From NCBI GenBank assembly GCA_028534125.1, contig CM052816.1:34846001-34910000 (forward strand): a stretch of DNA of 64,000 nt, read 5' to 3'. Source of the stretch: Lama glama (Eukaryota). The translations under genes and the position numbers were made by a program. Below the pieces are notes generated by a model. That model ran no database searches and was not told where the DNA came from. It saw only the letters and a list, made by a program, of their open reading frames with translations. Below, one piece after another: positions 35,825 through 47,478 of the stretch (its first letter is position 1; the number at the start of each line of letters is the position of its first letter).

Positions 35825-38800
35825 ACCCTAGCACTGAGCGAGATCAGTCTATCAAAGTAAACCTACAGACTGCTTCTAAGTCTGATGTGCAAATAATTAT
35901 ATATAAATATATTAAAAATGCTATATATAGTCTATGCCATAGTTTAGAAAGAGAGTATTAACCTTTCTAAACTAAATTTAGGTTTGCAGAAAGTACTAAG
36001 CATTTTCAAGCTGAATGTTGAAACAGTGCATCCATTTTCTTTAGTTTAATATGTTATTATTTGTAAAGTGCAGCTTATCAATTAACTCTCTCCAAAAGAA
36101 ATAATCATCTATGTGGCACACGTTATTGGTTTTGTCTGAAGTACTGCCACTAAGTGATTATAATTAAGCTCTCCTATTTGCATCAGATGTGAAGATTGTG
36201 ATCATAACAGTAGCAAAATTTGGTTTCATTGGAAATAAAGAATTCTGAGCATGCTTTTTCATTGGTCCCTTTGCTTTTGCCTCATCAAAACCTCTTGGTT
36301 CATAATACTGAGTTGTTTTATAAGAAGGTATCTACTCTCTCATCTTTGTTTAAAATTAGGACTTCTTAGAATGCCAAACAAAACTTCTGGCTAGAGCATC
36401 AAAAATTTTTAAATCTTAAATGTAATCCCCTTGAAATGGTTAGATAGTAAAATAAATGTTTATATTTTAAATGGTGGATGTACTTAAAGTAAAGTTAGTA
36501 AAATATATGAACAGTCTAGTGTGCTCAGCACTTGGTACAATGAGTTGGATTAGATGGCCTTGTGAAATCCTTTCTACTTGGTTGAAATTATACTTGAAGG
36601 TCCAGAACACTCATGGCACATTTGTGTAATAGATTTTGGATATAGTTAAAGGTAATTTTGGCTGCAAAATATTTGGAAAGTCTGAAAACAGGCATAAGGT
36701 GTTTAAAAACACTCATTCTGTCATATCACAAAGGAAAATCTGAATCCTTAAAAAACGAGATGGTCACTTGTACTGACTGGTATATATCATAAAATTGATG
36801 GGGTGTAGGACAAATTTGGCCACACCTTTTACAACATGTCTAAACCTTACTGTGTTATAATTTATTATTTTAAAATATTGCTGAACAAGGATTATCCATG
36901 TTACATTATCAGCGTTTGTTTCTTTACCCTAATTTATTTTAATAAAATTATTCACCTGGAAATAAAATAGGAGTTGGTAATTTCAAGTTAAGCCATGGAT
37001 GAAAAAGAAGTAGATTTATATGATTTCCTAGAGACTGAATAGAACTGAACATGTAACACGGTTCCTTTGTTATTTTCCTTTTTCTGAAAGAGAGAAGAAG
37101 ATGATGACCTCAGATTACCCTCTGGAAGAGTTCTGTTCACAGGCTTTTGCAAAACTGAGGAAATTAGCTTCCCTTATTCTTTTTTATGGGAAATTTGACC
37201 CAGAGGGTTATCTTTATACATGTAATACCAAACTAAGACTGCACAGCTTTCTGTTTAGGTGATCACACCTAGTAGGCAAGTAAGTATGTATCAACATGGA
37301 CATAATATTCAGCTTTCAGGTGTGATTCGGTATCAGCAGCAGAGTGGTGGGTGTTAGAATCCCACATTTGAGCGAGTCAGATAGTAAAGCACATAGTGAG
37401 TGTACATCCATCCAAGTAGTGCATTGATTGTTTAGTTTGGACACATACAAGGAATATTTATATGGCTTCCCAAATATAAAATTACATTTTATTTGTGTAA
37501 TTTCTCTGAGTATTTGTATTCCATCGCTTTTCTCCACTCTTAAAAATAAATGAAATTTCACTGTTGGCACATTTGAGGCTTAAATATAAGGAACATAACA
37601 CTTGCATTCTGATTTTTGCATATATTGTAAATGTGTCTGGTATTTACAGCAAAATACTGTGTATCCTTTTACGGGCAAAACAAAATTGAACATTGCATGC
37701 ATGTAATGTGGTGACTGTACTTTAGGGGTTCTTTGGGGCTTCTGTGACTTTGGAAATGCTTACATTCAGGCCTTAATGTTGCATTAGGTAGCATGTTTTC
37801 CTTCCGATGTATATAGTCACTGTTGTATAAACTAATCTTTGCTTGTTTTCTACTCTGTGATCTTTCCGTATCATATTTCATTGATGCTCAGTTAGTGTCA
37901 CGGAGTCAAATCAGATTAAAATTAATTCTCATGTGTATATTGTGGAAATTTGTGGCTAGTGTGTTTTTTGTTGTTGTTGTTATTGTTTGTTTCCTTTAAG
38001 TAATACTGATCAGTTGTGACACTTACTGGTTAAACGGACATTGCTACAGATTTCTCTGTAATAAGCCACACATTATATTTAGGCAGGCAGTAGAAAGGGA
38101 CCCTGGTTTTTTTCTTCTAGATAGCAGCTGTCCCAGAGAAAATATTTCTTCTTTGCCTGTTAAGATTTAGCTGTTATCTGCCAGTTGTTATAAGGTTTTG
38201 GTTCCAAATTCAACCAGCAGTGTTGAGAACTGAACTTAAGATAGCTGTTGTACTTTTTGCTTTCCATCTGTTTCTGTCTTTCATTCTTGGCTCCCTACTT
38301 TCTATAAACAGCTGCTATGAAGGAGAAAAGTTGAGTAAGAATTGGCCTAAAAGTTCTTTAAAAAGAAAATTGAGATTTTAGAGTTTCCATTGTAACATGC
38401 TGATAAAAGCTAAGGCTGCCAAGTTAAGACACCAAAATATTGTTTGATCATATTGTGGGTCCTTCTGAAAAAGTAAAGAATACATGGAGGTTAATTAGAA
38501 GTATAAATGTTAATTACAATGTTGTTTCTCATATTTCTCTATTATATGTTAAGTGACTTGATCTAATAATTTTATTTTTATAAACATTTTCTTCTTGTAA
38601 TATGAATGCTTATATTTAAAGGTAGATCTATGTGGTTTTCTTTTGTGTTTCTTAATTGTTTCTCTCTAAGCTAACTAACTTTTAAGATTATTTGTGATCT
38701 GGATTTATATATAAACTGTTAAATATATGTGAACTGTTAAAATGGAATGCAAGTCTTTCAAAAGCCCAGGTCTAAATGTAATGGGTTTATTGTTCTACAA

Positions 38801-38865
38801 CCCCAGTCCATCATTTTTCGTGTGAATCATAAACAATAAACAGGATATACTCAGTGGTCATTTCT
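35825..38865 (+). other. PJA2: PJA2 3' UTR (end approximate)
   Basis: AT-rich, repeat-poor sequence after the stop. AATAAA at 36234, 36451, 36941, 36961, 37545 and 38835; a Pumilio-type TGTATATA at 37808. The true cleavage site is inferred. Confidence 0.6.
38835..38840 (+). terminator. Candidate distal polyadenylation signal of PJA2
   Basis: AATAAA followed ~25-45 nt later by T/GT-rich sequence (tttaattgtgtagtcgt). It is the last canonical hexamer before the CR1 relic. Confidence 0.5.
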
Positions 38866-39099
38866 AATATTTAATTGTGTAGTCGTATCATTTCTATGAT
38901 GTAACCCCCTGGAGGATTTAGCATATTTAATAGCAAAAAACACAGCTATTAAGGAAGTCTGGAATAGATTCCTGAGAACATGATTTTATAGTCCTTTAAC
39001 TGTGATCTAAGAAGGAAGATTCTTAAAAGAGACCCCAGCTATTCAGAAATGATTGATGAACTTCCAGAGTTGGAATCACTCAGCACCCCTGCAGGGATT

Positions 39100-40060
39100 G
39101 GATTTAATTGTTAGAAGTATGCCATCTGAACGTCCTATAAATAACACATATGTGAAACTAGACAGAAAGGCCCTGTCTCATCTGTGCAGACACCTCTTCA
39201 TATCTTCCCTCGGGCTTCACACTTTTCTCAGATCTTGCATGAAATCTATTCCAGACCAGCCTGGTATTGGCTCTTTCAGTCCCTTTCTTAAAATGTAGGT
39301 TGCTCAGAACTAAACACAGTTTTTCTGTGGTCTGACTAGAGCAAGGGTCCAGAGACATTATTGCCAGCTTCAAAATGGTTCTCGAATGATTGTTATGACT
39401 AGTGTGTGTTGATATTATTATCACCACTGTCACTATTAGGCAAGCATGTCACATTGTTGTCTCTTGCTGCACTTCAAGCACTGCTGGTAAGCCAGGTGCA
39501 CAACCAATAATTACTTCACAATTTCTTCTTAACCTAATTGAAGGACTGCATTCATCCCTATTAAATTTAATTTGTAAAGGTCCGTATGAACTCTGATTCT
39601 TCCTCTCAGCCTGTGTCAGCTCCAGCTGTGATGAAGTGTGCCTTTGGTATTCAGTGGCTCTGTCCAGGTTACTGGTAAGTACTGCGTAGAAGAGGGTGAA
39701 ATGCAGACCCTCTTCAGAACGCCACTCTAGACTGCCCTCCAGGTGGCTTTGATCCATCAGTCAGTCCTTTGGGTGCAGTTGTCAAAGCACCTACCAGTCA
39801 CTTCAGTGCTTATGTTTTTCCATGTTCCCTAAAAGGACACTGTCAGAAATTCTGTCATGTTTGGCCAACGAGCAGATTGTACTCTGGAAGTAGCCTAATT
39901 TAAATTAAATCAAGCAGTTGAATGTAATTAGCTAGAATGCTTCACTCTTAGTGAAACCATAGCACCTCCTTTTCTAACTGCTCACATGCCATCTGTTAAT
40001 CTTCCCTAGAATTTGATAAGGGACCAATGTCAGGCTCGTTTTTGGAATCTAGTTTTTTTC
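39100..40060 (-). mobile_element. CR1/L3 LINE reverse-transcriptase relic
   Basis: Minus-strand translation retains CR1 RT-like remnants: WRAV*SGV (cf. WREVSSGVPQG), LFYAVLTSNLD (cf. LFNIFINDLD) and IKFNRDEC (cf. MKFNRDKC). Confidence 0.65.
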
Positions 40061-41504
40061 CTCTCAAAAATGGTGATATTTGAAGTGACATGACCTTGAC
40101 CAGTCAATCACTCTGCTTCTGTTTTCTCAATAAAGTAAGGACTCTAAAAGTTCAGTACTACTATTTGTACAGGTTTAAAAAAAAAAAAACGCGTTCTTTG
40201 TTGATGTGCAAAGTTGTGGGGAAAGAAGGTTTTCTATCATTATTTGATGTCAGCACTACCTTTTGGAATTGATGAATATTTCAGATGAAAATCTTAAAAG
40301 CATATTAATCACCTCTCAGGAGTTGAAGTAATTTGACATGGGAACTTCATTAAATCAAAATAAATAAAATTTAATTAATACCAGTTTTACTAAAAGGCTA
40401 CATGCCTGGATATGGCAATTTATTCCATTTTGTATTCTTAGTTTATAATCAGTATGCAGATTTTTAGTGAGCATTAAAGGAGAGAGGTCTTTATCTTATT
40501 TTTTTAGAAAGATACTACCTCTTAGCCATTCACTGTCAGAAAGAGAAATTTTGTAAGCCACCATGATTTCTTTTCCTTTGGTTATAAAACAGCAATTCTT
40601 AATAAGATTCATTGATAAAAATACGTTTTTACATTATAAGGCTGGTTCCCATTTATGAAGTGCCAAATGTAGTGTCAGGCTTTCTGTTTTAGCTAATCTT
40701 CATAATGAATCTGCAGGATCGCTTATCTTTTCCCAACCGTACAAAAGGAAAAATTGAGTCCTGGTTCTTAAGCAAGAGCCTGAGAGCTCTAAGTAGTTCA
40801 TGCCACCTTCTTGGGCATGTACAGCCTGTCTGATCAATGTTAATATTTAACTAAGTTGTCTAAGATGCAGTCTTGAGTTTTAAAAAATGGGAAAAATTCT
40901 GAAAAATATTTTGTTAGCTTTCCTGGGTCATACGATTTCACTAAATTCTTATAGAGAGACGTTTTTGCCTTACGTAATGTACTGCTGATCAAAGTTCTAA
41001 TGTCCTCCTTAGTGAAGTTTCTTAGTCATCATTAATATCTGGGGACAACTTCCTACCTTCGCCTGATTACTTGGGATCCATACGTTATTCTGCAGAGACC
41101 CTCTCTGGCCTGAGAGGTGTGTGGCATCCTCTTGTCTCTTCAGCCAGTGAGACCTCACTAATGCAGACATCCATCTATAAGCCTCTAACCCTACCTTTAT
41201 CGAAAGTCTCTGGATTTCTTCCTTCAGAAGCCATAGACATTTGCCCTCACTCCAAACAGTGGGACACTTAACCTCAAACTACTTCATCAGTAGGAATAGA
41301 CGTTGACAGGATTTCCTTTTGATTTCAACCCTTAAATACTACTTTTAAATTTTTTCCAGACATTTAAGCTATGCCCTGGTTCTGTTTGTCTATTTTATTT
41401 TCATTTTCGTATTGAAAGACCTCAAGTGTTAACAACTATTGTAAGGGGCTTCACTACATACCATCATGTTGAGCAACCTTTGGTTTCAAATAACTCTTCC
41501 TCTT

Positions 41505-42297
41505 TTTTTTTTTTTTCACACTCATTGTCACATTTTTTTCTCTGTGATTTATCATAACATTTTGTGTATATTTCCCTGTGCTATACAGTGTAATCTTGTT
41601 TATCTATTCTACAATTTTGAAATCCCAGTCTATCCCTTCCCNNNNNNNNNNNNNNNNNNNNNNNNNNNNNNNNNNNNNNNNNNNNNNNNNNNNNNNNNNN
41701 NNNNNNNNNNNNNNNNNNNNNNNNNNNNNNNNNNNNNNNNNNNNNNNNNNNNNNNNNNNNNNNNNNNNNNNNNNNNNNNNNNNNNNNNNNNNNNNNNNNN
41801 NNNNNNNNNNNNNNNNNNNNNNNNNNNNNNNNNNNNNNNNNNNNNNNNNNNNNNNNNNNNNNNNNNNNNNNNNNNNNNNNNNNNNNNNNNNNNNNNNNNN
41901 NNNNNNNNNNNNNNNNNNNNNNNNNNNNNNNNNNNNNNNNNNNNNNNNNNNNNNNNNNNNNNNNNNNNNNNNNNNNNNNNNNNNNNNNNNNNNNNNNNNN
42001 NNNNNNNNNNNNNNNNNNNNNNNNNNNNNNNNNNNNNNNNNNNNNNNNNNNNNNNNNNNNNNNNNNNNNNNNNNNNNNNNNNNNNNNNNNNNNNNNNNNN
42101 NNNNNNNNNNNNNNNNNNNNNNNNNNNNNNNNNNNNNNNNNTTGGCCAGAGGTTTGTCGATTTTATTTACTTTTTCAAAAAACCAGCTTTCGGTTTGGTT
42201 GATTTTTTCTATGGTCTTGTTAATCTCTATTGTATTTAATTCCTCTCTGATCTTTATTATTTCCTTCCTTCTGCTGCTTTTTGGGGCTTTTTGCTGA
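41505..42297 (-). mobile_element. Young 5'-truncated L1 spanning an assembly gap, perfect 17-bp TSD
   Basis: AAATAACTCTTCCTCTT at 41488-41504 and 42298-42314. Poly-T and 3' UTR on the left; uninterrupted ORF2 peptide [16 protein letters not shown]...[14 protein letters not shown] on the right. Confidence 0.92.
41642..42141. other. Assembly gap of 500 N
   Basis: Run of N. Confidence 1.
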
Positions 42298-45200
42298 AAA
42301 TAACTCTTCCTCTTGATGTGGACCAAGGATCCTTCAGACGTGGCATTGCATTCCCCTAAGTTTGGTGCCACTGCAGAATGTCAGCGTTTTTATTTTCATT
42401 TAAATTCACATTTAAGGGAGGTGGGGATAGGAATGGGATGCTTACAGAGTCAACCTTGTCTAGAAAGCAAGCTCTAGCCTAGATTGGATGATGATGAATC
42501 ACAGGTGAACAGGGGTTATGGCCCACATCTCAGTGAGTAAATAGCATCTGAAGATGTTTAAAATTTCTAAATGAAAATTAGTGAGCTTAAAAAATAATAC
42601 ATTAGGCATATCAGCCTGGCACCCTCCCTGAATCTGCCAAAACAACACTTCATCACAGCCAACAAATTAATCGTGTAGCCTTAGCTGCTATCTGTTTCAC
42701 GAAAGTTTATCGAGTGCCTACCCTAGTGCAGCTGTAAACAAGATCACCAAACTCCCTGGCTTCCTCGGGTGTCCCCTCTGGTGAGGAGACCCTAGGACGT
42801 GTTTTTCCCCAAGCAGCTGGACCCACTGTATGCGAAGGGGTTCATTTTGGCCTGGAAAACGCCTGGCTCACAGGGTTTTTCTGTGGTTATCCAAGCTAGA
42901 AACAACCAAAATGGAGAAAAAATAAGAAGTGTGAGCCCCCAGGGTGACTAGCTACCAGCAACTACCCTCCTACCCAAGTGATTTATATAGTTAGGTTACT
43001 ATATTTATAGGTTGAAGATCTCTTGGGAGGTTATATGCCCTATGGCCAGGTGGTCCTCACAGCCAGGGAAGCTGGAAGGAAGGTATTTTCCCGGGATGGG
43101 GCTAGGCATCATGGAGAGAGGCAAAACTTGAAAGTGCTTCAGAAAGTTATTTCCTGTGCTATGTTACTACCTTTCCCTTCTCCTCCCTGTGCTCTAAGGA
43201 TTTGCACATAAGCATCCAGTGTGTTTTTACCCAGAAAATGGAACATAAAGCTGGCAATTCTGAGCCATGGCTTGCCTGCTGGCATAGTAATCTCTGATGC
43301 AAAATATTGTATAAGTTTGGCAACTATGCCAGAAGACCAGGGCTCACATACCCTGAACACTGTGATACTAAGGGCTTGACAAGGAATAAGCACCACTGTC
43401 AGATTTGCTACATTGTGATTCTCAAAGAAGCTGAATGAACCGAATGTGAAAGCACTGGGCCGTGCGGGGACTGAGTGCTGTGCAGATGCACAGTCGTGTT
43501 ATGACAGCCCCTGCCTGACTTGGCAGCAACACCATGGTTTACAGAGGTGCCAAATCTAGGCATTCCAAGGCTCAAGGAGGGTAGGAATGTTGCACAATTT
43601 TTTGGGTTCTTGTCTCTCCCCATCCCCATGGCTGTATAATTCATTTTTCTCCCCAAAATAAGGCCCTGGAGAAGGCCTTAGAGTTTGTTCAATCCTTATG
43701 TAGGTGAATCTTAATAAAGAGGAGGCAGAGTGGAAGGCTGCGTGAGAGGGCTTCACCACAGAGCCTGCCGTGGCCGTTCAACTTGAAACATCCCTTCTCA
43801 TTGTCCAGAGCTGCAGGGGGTATCTGAGATTTTACCCTGCTTGTAAGCTAACACGTTTCATAGATCAATGAAAAATTACCAACTGAATCACCTATATATC
43901 ATCTCAACTAAAAAGGAGGCAGTGACTTGCCCATGATCATACTAGTAGAAAATGTTGGCACTAGGACTTGAATGTGGGTCTTCTGACTTTGCCAAAAGCT
44001 GTGCTTCTGCATTCTTGCCCAGTGTAATCCTCCAGTGAGTCAAGGCAGCAGCTAATGTTAGATCAGAAATATGTTGTATTTATCGCCAAACCTGTTTTGT
44101 GCATGGGTCCTCAGCTGCTGGCAAGTGGGAAAATCATGACAAATAAGCAGATCAGGACATTTGCTTGTGAATTCCTGCATTTCAACAATACCTGAGAAAT
44201 TAAAAGGATATATGACAAAATCTTATACACACTTCATCTATCTGCAGGGATTTGATAATTTAAGAACGACTGACTTTTCACCACATGGACAAAAAGATGC
44301 AAACATGTATATGTATGTTTATATACTTGTTCCTTTTCCTCCACAAAGGGCTGTGTCCCTAGAAAAGTTGTCTGGATTTCAACCTCCGCTACCTGACTCC
44401 TTCTCAGAGGCACTCCTCAAATCACATGGGCCTCCTACAGTCAAGGATCATTAACAGGCTTTGCCTAACTTGCCAACTCTCCTCAGTTGGCTGGAGGGAG
44501 CACAGCGGAATACAGGCTTGGAGAAAGAGTGCCACGATTGGGAAGGTATGTCCACCTTAGGTCCGGGAGAGGGGTTGAGGACTGAGATCTATCCCTGCTG
44601 ACATCTCTGCCTCACTATATCCCTCTCCACCTCTCTGTTCACTGTGGAATGTGCCACAGTTGTTCGGCCAGCGGGTCATCATGCTTCCTGCCCTGTGTGC
44701 TTCAAGAGACTCCTTGCTATAATGCTCTTCTGCCAAATCACTGTAAAGGGTGAGCCATGCTGCGTTCAGGAAGATGCCTGTAATTCGTGTCTTAAAGGAA
44801 TTAGTTTATCCTTCTCTGGTTGGACTCCCTCTGCAGAAAATTCTACCTCTAACCTCTGGCCAGTTTTCCACTGTAGTTCCTTACCGGAAATTCTGCAGAT
44901 GGCCTCGTGGGAAGCAACGTTTCTTCAGCTCCAGGGATAGTGGTGAAGTACATTTCATCTCTTCTAGACTGGAGTCTGGCTGCCTTTGCATTTCTGAGAG
45001 CTTGCTTTGCAGCAAGCCCTTTATTAAAATGAAAGTACAGGATGAAATTCTGAGCTTTTTAAGGATAACACTGATTAATCATCCCTAGGAGCTGGTGATT
45101 GCTTCATGGTCCTGAAGGAGGAAATTTGCTGGGGGAAAAAAAATCATATTGAAGAAAACGCTTTGTCCTGTAAATTGAGTAAAAACATTCTCTGGTGACC

Positions 45201-45499
45201 CGCTGAAGTAAGAAGTGATGTCCACAAAAGTGAAGATAAGCTTCACTGCACCCAAGGAGAATTTTTTCTTTTCAAACGAAGTGCAAATTTAGGGTGGTTC
45301 TGTGCAGACTTTCCTGAGCCTGGAAAGGGGGAAGCTGAGGCAATATTTACACACTCTAAGTTATAAGGAAAGAAAAAACTCTAGTCCTGCCAGTTGCTCC
45401 AGAGGTGACAGGCACGAGCCTTTTCTTACTCTTCTCTGTCCCCTCTTCTTTCCTTGTCTCCTTCCTTCGTTTGTTTCTTTCCATCATCAGCTGGATTGG

Positions 45500-45685
45500 C
45501 TGTTTCAATCCTAAATCCAAACATCTGCCTTCTGGGAAATCTTGGGCATCTTATTTGGCCTTCTGGTGTCTGTTGCCTCATCTATACAGCAGGGGCAGGT
45601 GGTATTTCTCTTCCAGGCTTATGAGGATTGAGTGAGTTAGTTCGTCTAAAGTACTTGAGTCCTGTCTGGCACGTAGCAAGTCTCA
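45500..45685 (+). mobile_element. MIR SINE
   Basis: cttgggcatcttatttggccttctggtgtctgttgcctcatctatacagcagggg...atgaggattgagtgag...ctggcacgtagcaagtctca. Confidence 0.65.
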
Positions 45686-47478
45686 GGTGGGAACGCTTCT
45701 TCTCCACTCTCCATGTTTCCTTCCATGCGGCGGGACCTCCACTGCTGAGACACTCGCGGTGACTCGCTCTCGCCTGCTGCGCAGCGGCTTCATCCGGTTA
45801 GAGTTAGGGTGAGGAGACCGGCTTGCTTGTCTCGCCTTCTTTTCCTCTCTTAGAAGTGAGTTGTTGCCTCTGCTTTTCCGAGGGCAGCCGTCCTTTGAGA
45901 CGGGACCTGGCCCCAGTGCTGTCAGGCTAAGTCGGGAGTCCACTACTGAGGAGAGCAGCACTGCCCCTCCCACAAGCAGCAGCCCTGCGCCTTGAAATTC
46001 CTTCCTCGAGACGTTGCAGGTCCCCTTGCAGGGCCTGCGACTGGCTGGACAAGCCGTGCCAGGTGGGCAGAGGTCGGTGTGGACCCCAGACCATGTATCT
46101 GCCCTCAGGGCGCTCCCTCACCCTGTGCCATGCAGGTGGGCTTAAGAAGACCCCCCGGGGGTTTCAGGACTCGTATCTGTGGAGTGACTCTGGGGCCCCA
46201 TGGCCCGCCTGGCTCTGGTAACAGGAGGTTGACCTGGCCAACAGCCCTCTCCTGCTGACTGGCAGAATATTTCTTTTCGAAAAGTGGGCAAGATTTACAC
46301 CCAGGGCAGTTACCCACCCCCAGCAGGTGGTCTCCAGGGTGGCTATGCCATCTCCTCTGAGGACATCGGAGACCGTTGCTCAACCACACCAGCAGGGCCT
46401 TTCCATCCGTCTCCTCTCCTGCCTCAGTCGTGGTGACATCATGCTCTCACAGCTCAGTCTTAAACTGTGCTGCATGAGGGATCCGCATTTCTCATGCAAA
46501 AGGAACTGCTGTCTCCCTCCACCCGTCACCCCTTCTCCCTGCTGCTGATGGTATGTGGAAGGTGTGTGGAAGGCGGGGGTGCAGTCTGTACGGAAGGTGC
46601 TCATGTTCTAGGAATGAAGTGATGACAGCCTAAGGAGGTCAAGAGAGGATGTCATTAGAGGATATGCTGTTCTGTTCATGCCATAAAATTCAGAACAGTA
46701 CATATTAAGAAATCTAGAAAATGAATTATTGTTCACATTTTCCTGCTTACTCTGGATAAGACTTGCACATGGGTCATCATCATCGCTGGAAGCTGGTATT
46801 CACAAGCGATGCTGTGAGTGATGCGGCATCAGGGGTAATGATGTAACCAGAATTAAATAAATAGAAGCAAGAAACTGCAGAGGGAAGAAGACCTGTATTG
46901 TTTCAGTACAAACAGGTTCTGAAAGCCATGGCATCATGAGTAATAATGCTGTTGCTATCATTTCCTCACTGCGGGGGATACAAAATGAGTCAGGAACGTT
47001 GCTTAAGATAATAAAGAACATGAATAAATGGTTCCTGGACAGGAAGAAATGGCACTTGGATAGCAAGAAACGTCTTCACATGCACTGATGGGATCGTAAA
47101 CAAATATGTAAGTACATCTTCCCTCATTATTGGTTCACAATACCTCATATGGGCCCATGAGTTCTATAATATATTTTTTTAATCAAATTGCTTATATAAA
47201 CAAAAGCCCAACAATAATATTTCCAGAGCCTGGCACACCCTACGGATCTCCCTGGAAAAAAGCATTTGTACATAGAAATAAGTCATTCCCCCCTTCTTAC
47301 TTTTATTAGTAACAGAGGTGCTATTTTGACCACTATCTCCCAGCCTTTGACTTATTCTTCTGTTTGTTTAGAATTTGATCAGGGAAGAGGGTGCTATTTA
47401 TTCAAACCCTCTCAAAGTCCCCAGTAGTAAACACTCAAGGTTAGTTACTATCATTTCTTAAGCATTCAGGTTGCATTT

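Noticed and set aside
35588..35834. Antisense ORFs over the last exon
   Set aside because: Expected by-product of the GC-rich coding sequence; no independent support.
41466..42371. Three 239-257 aa ORFs in the track
   Set aside because: Artefacts of translating through 500 N. Only the minus-strand L1 ORF2 fragment is real.
46610..46690. Possible C/D box snoRNA (GTGATGA)
   Set aside because: No properly placed CTGA D box or terminal stem, and it is not intronic.
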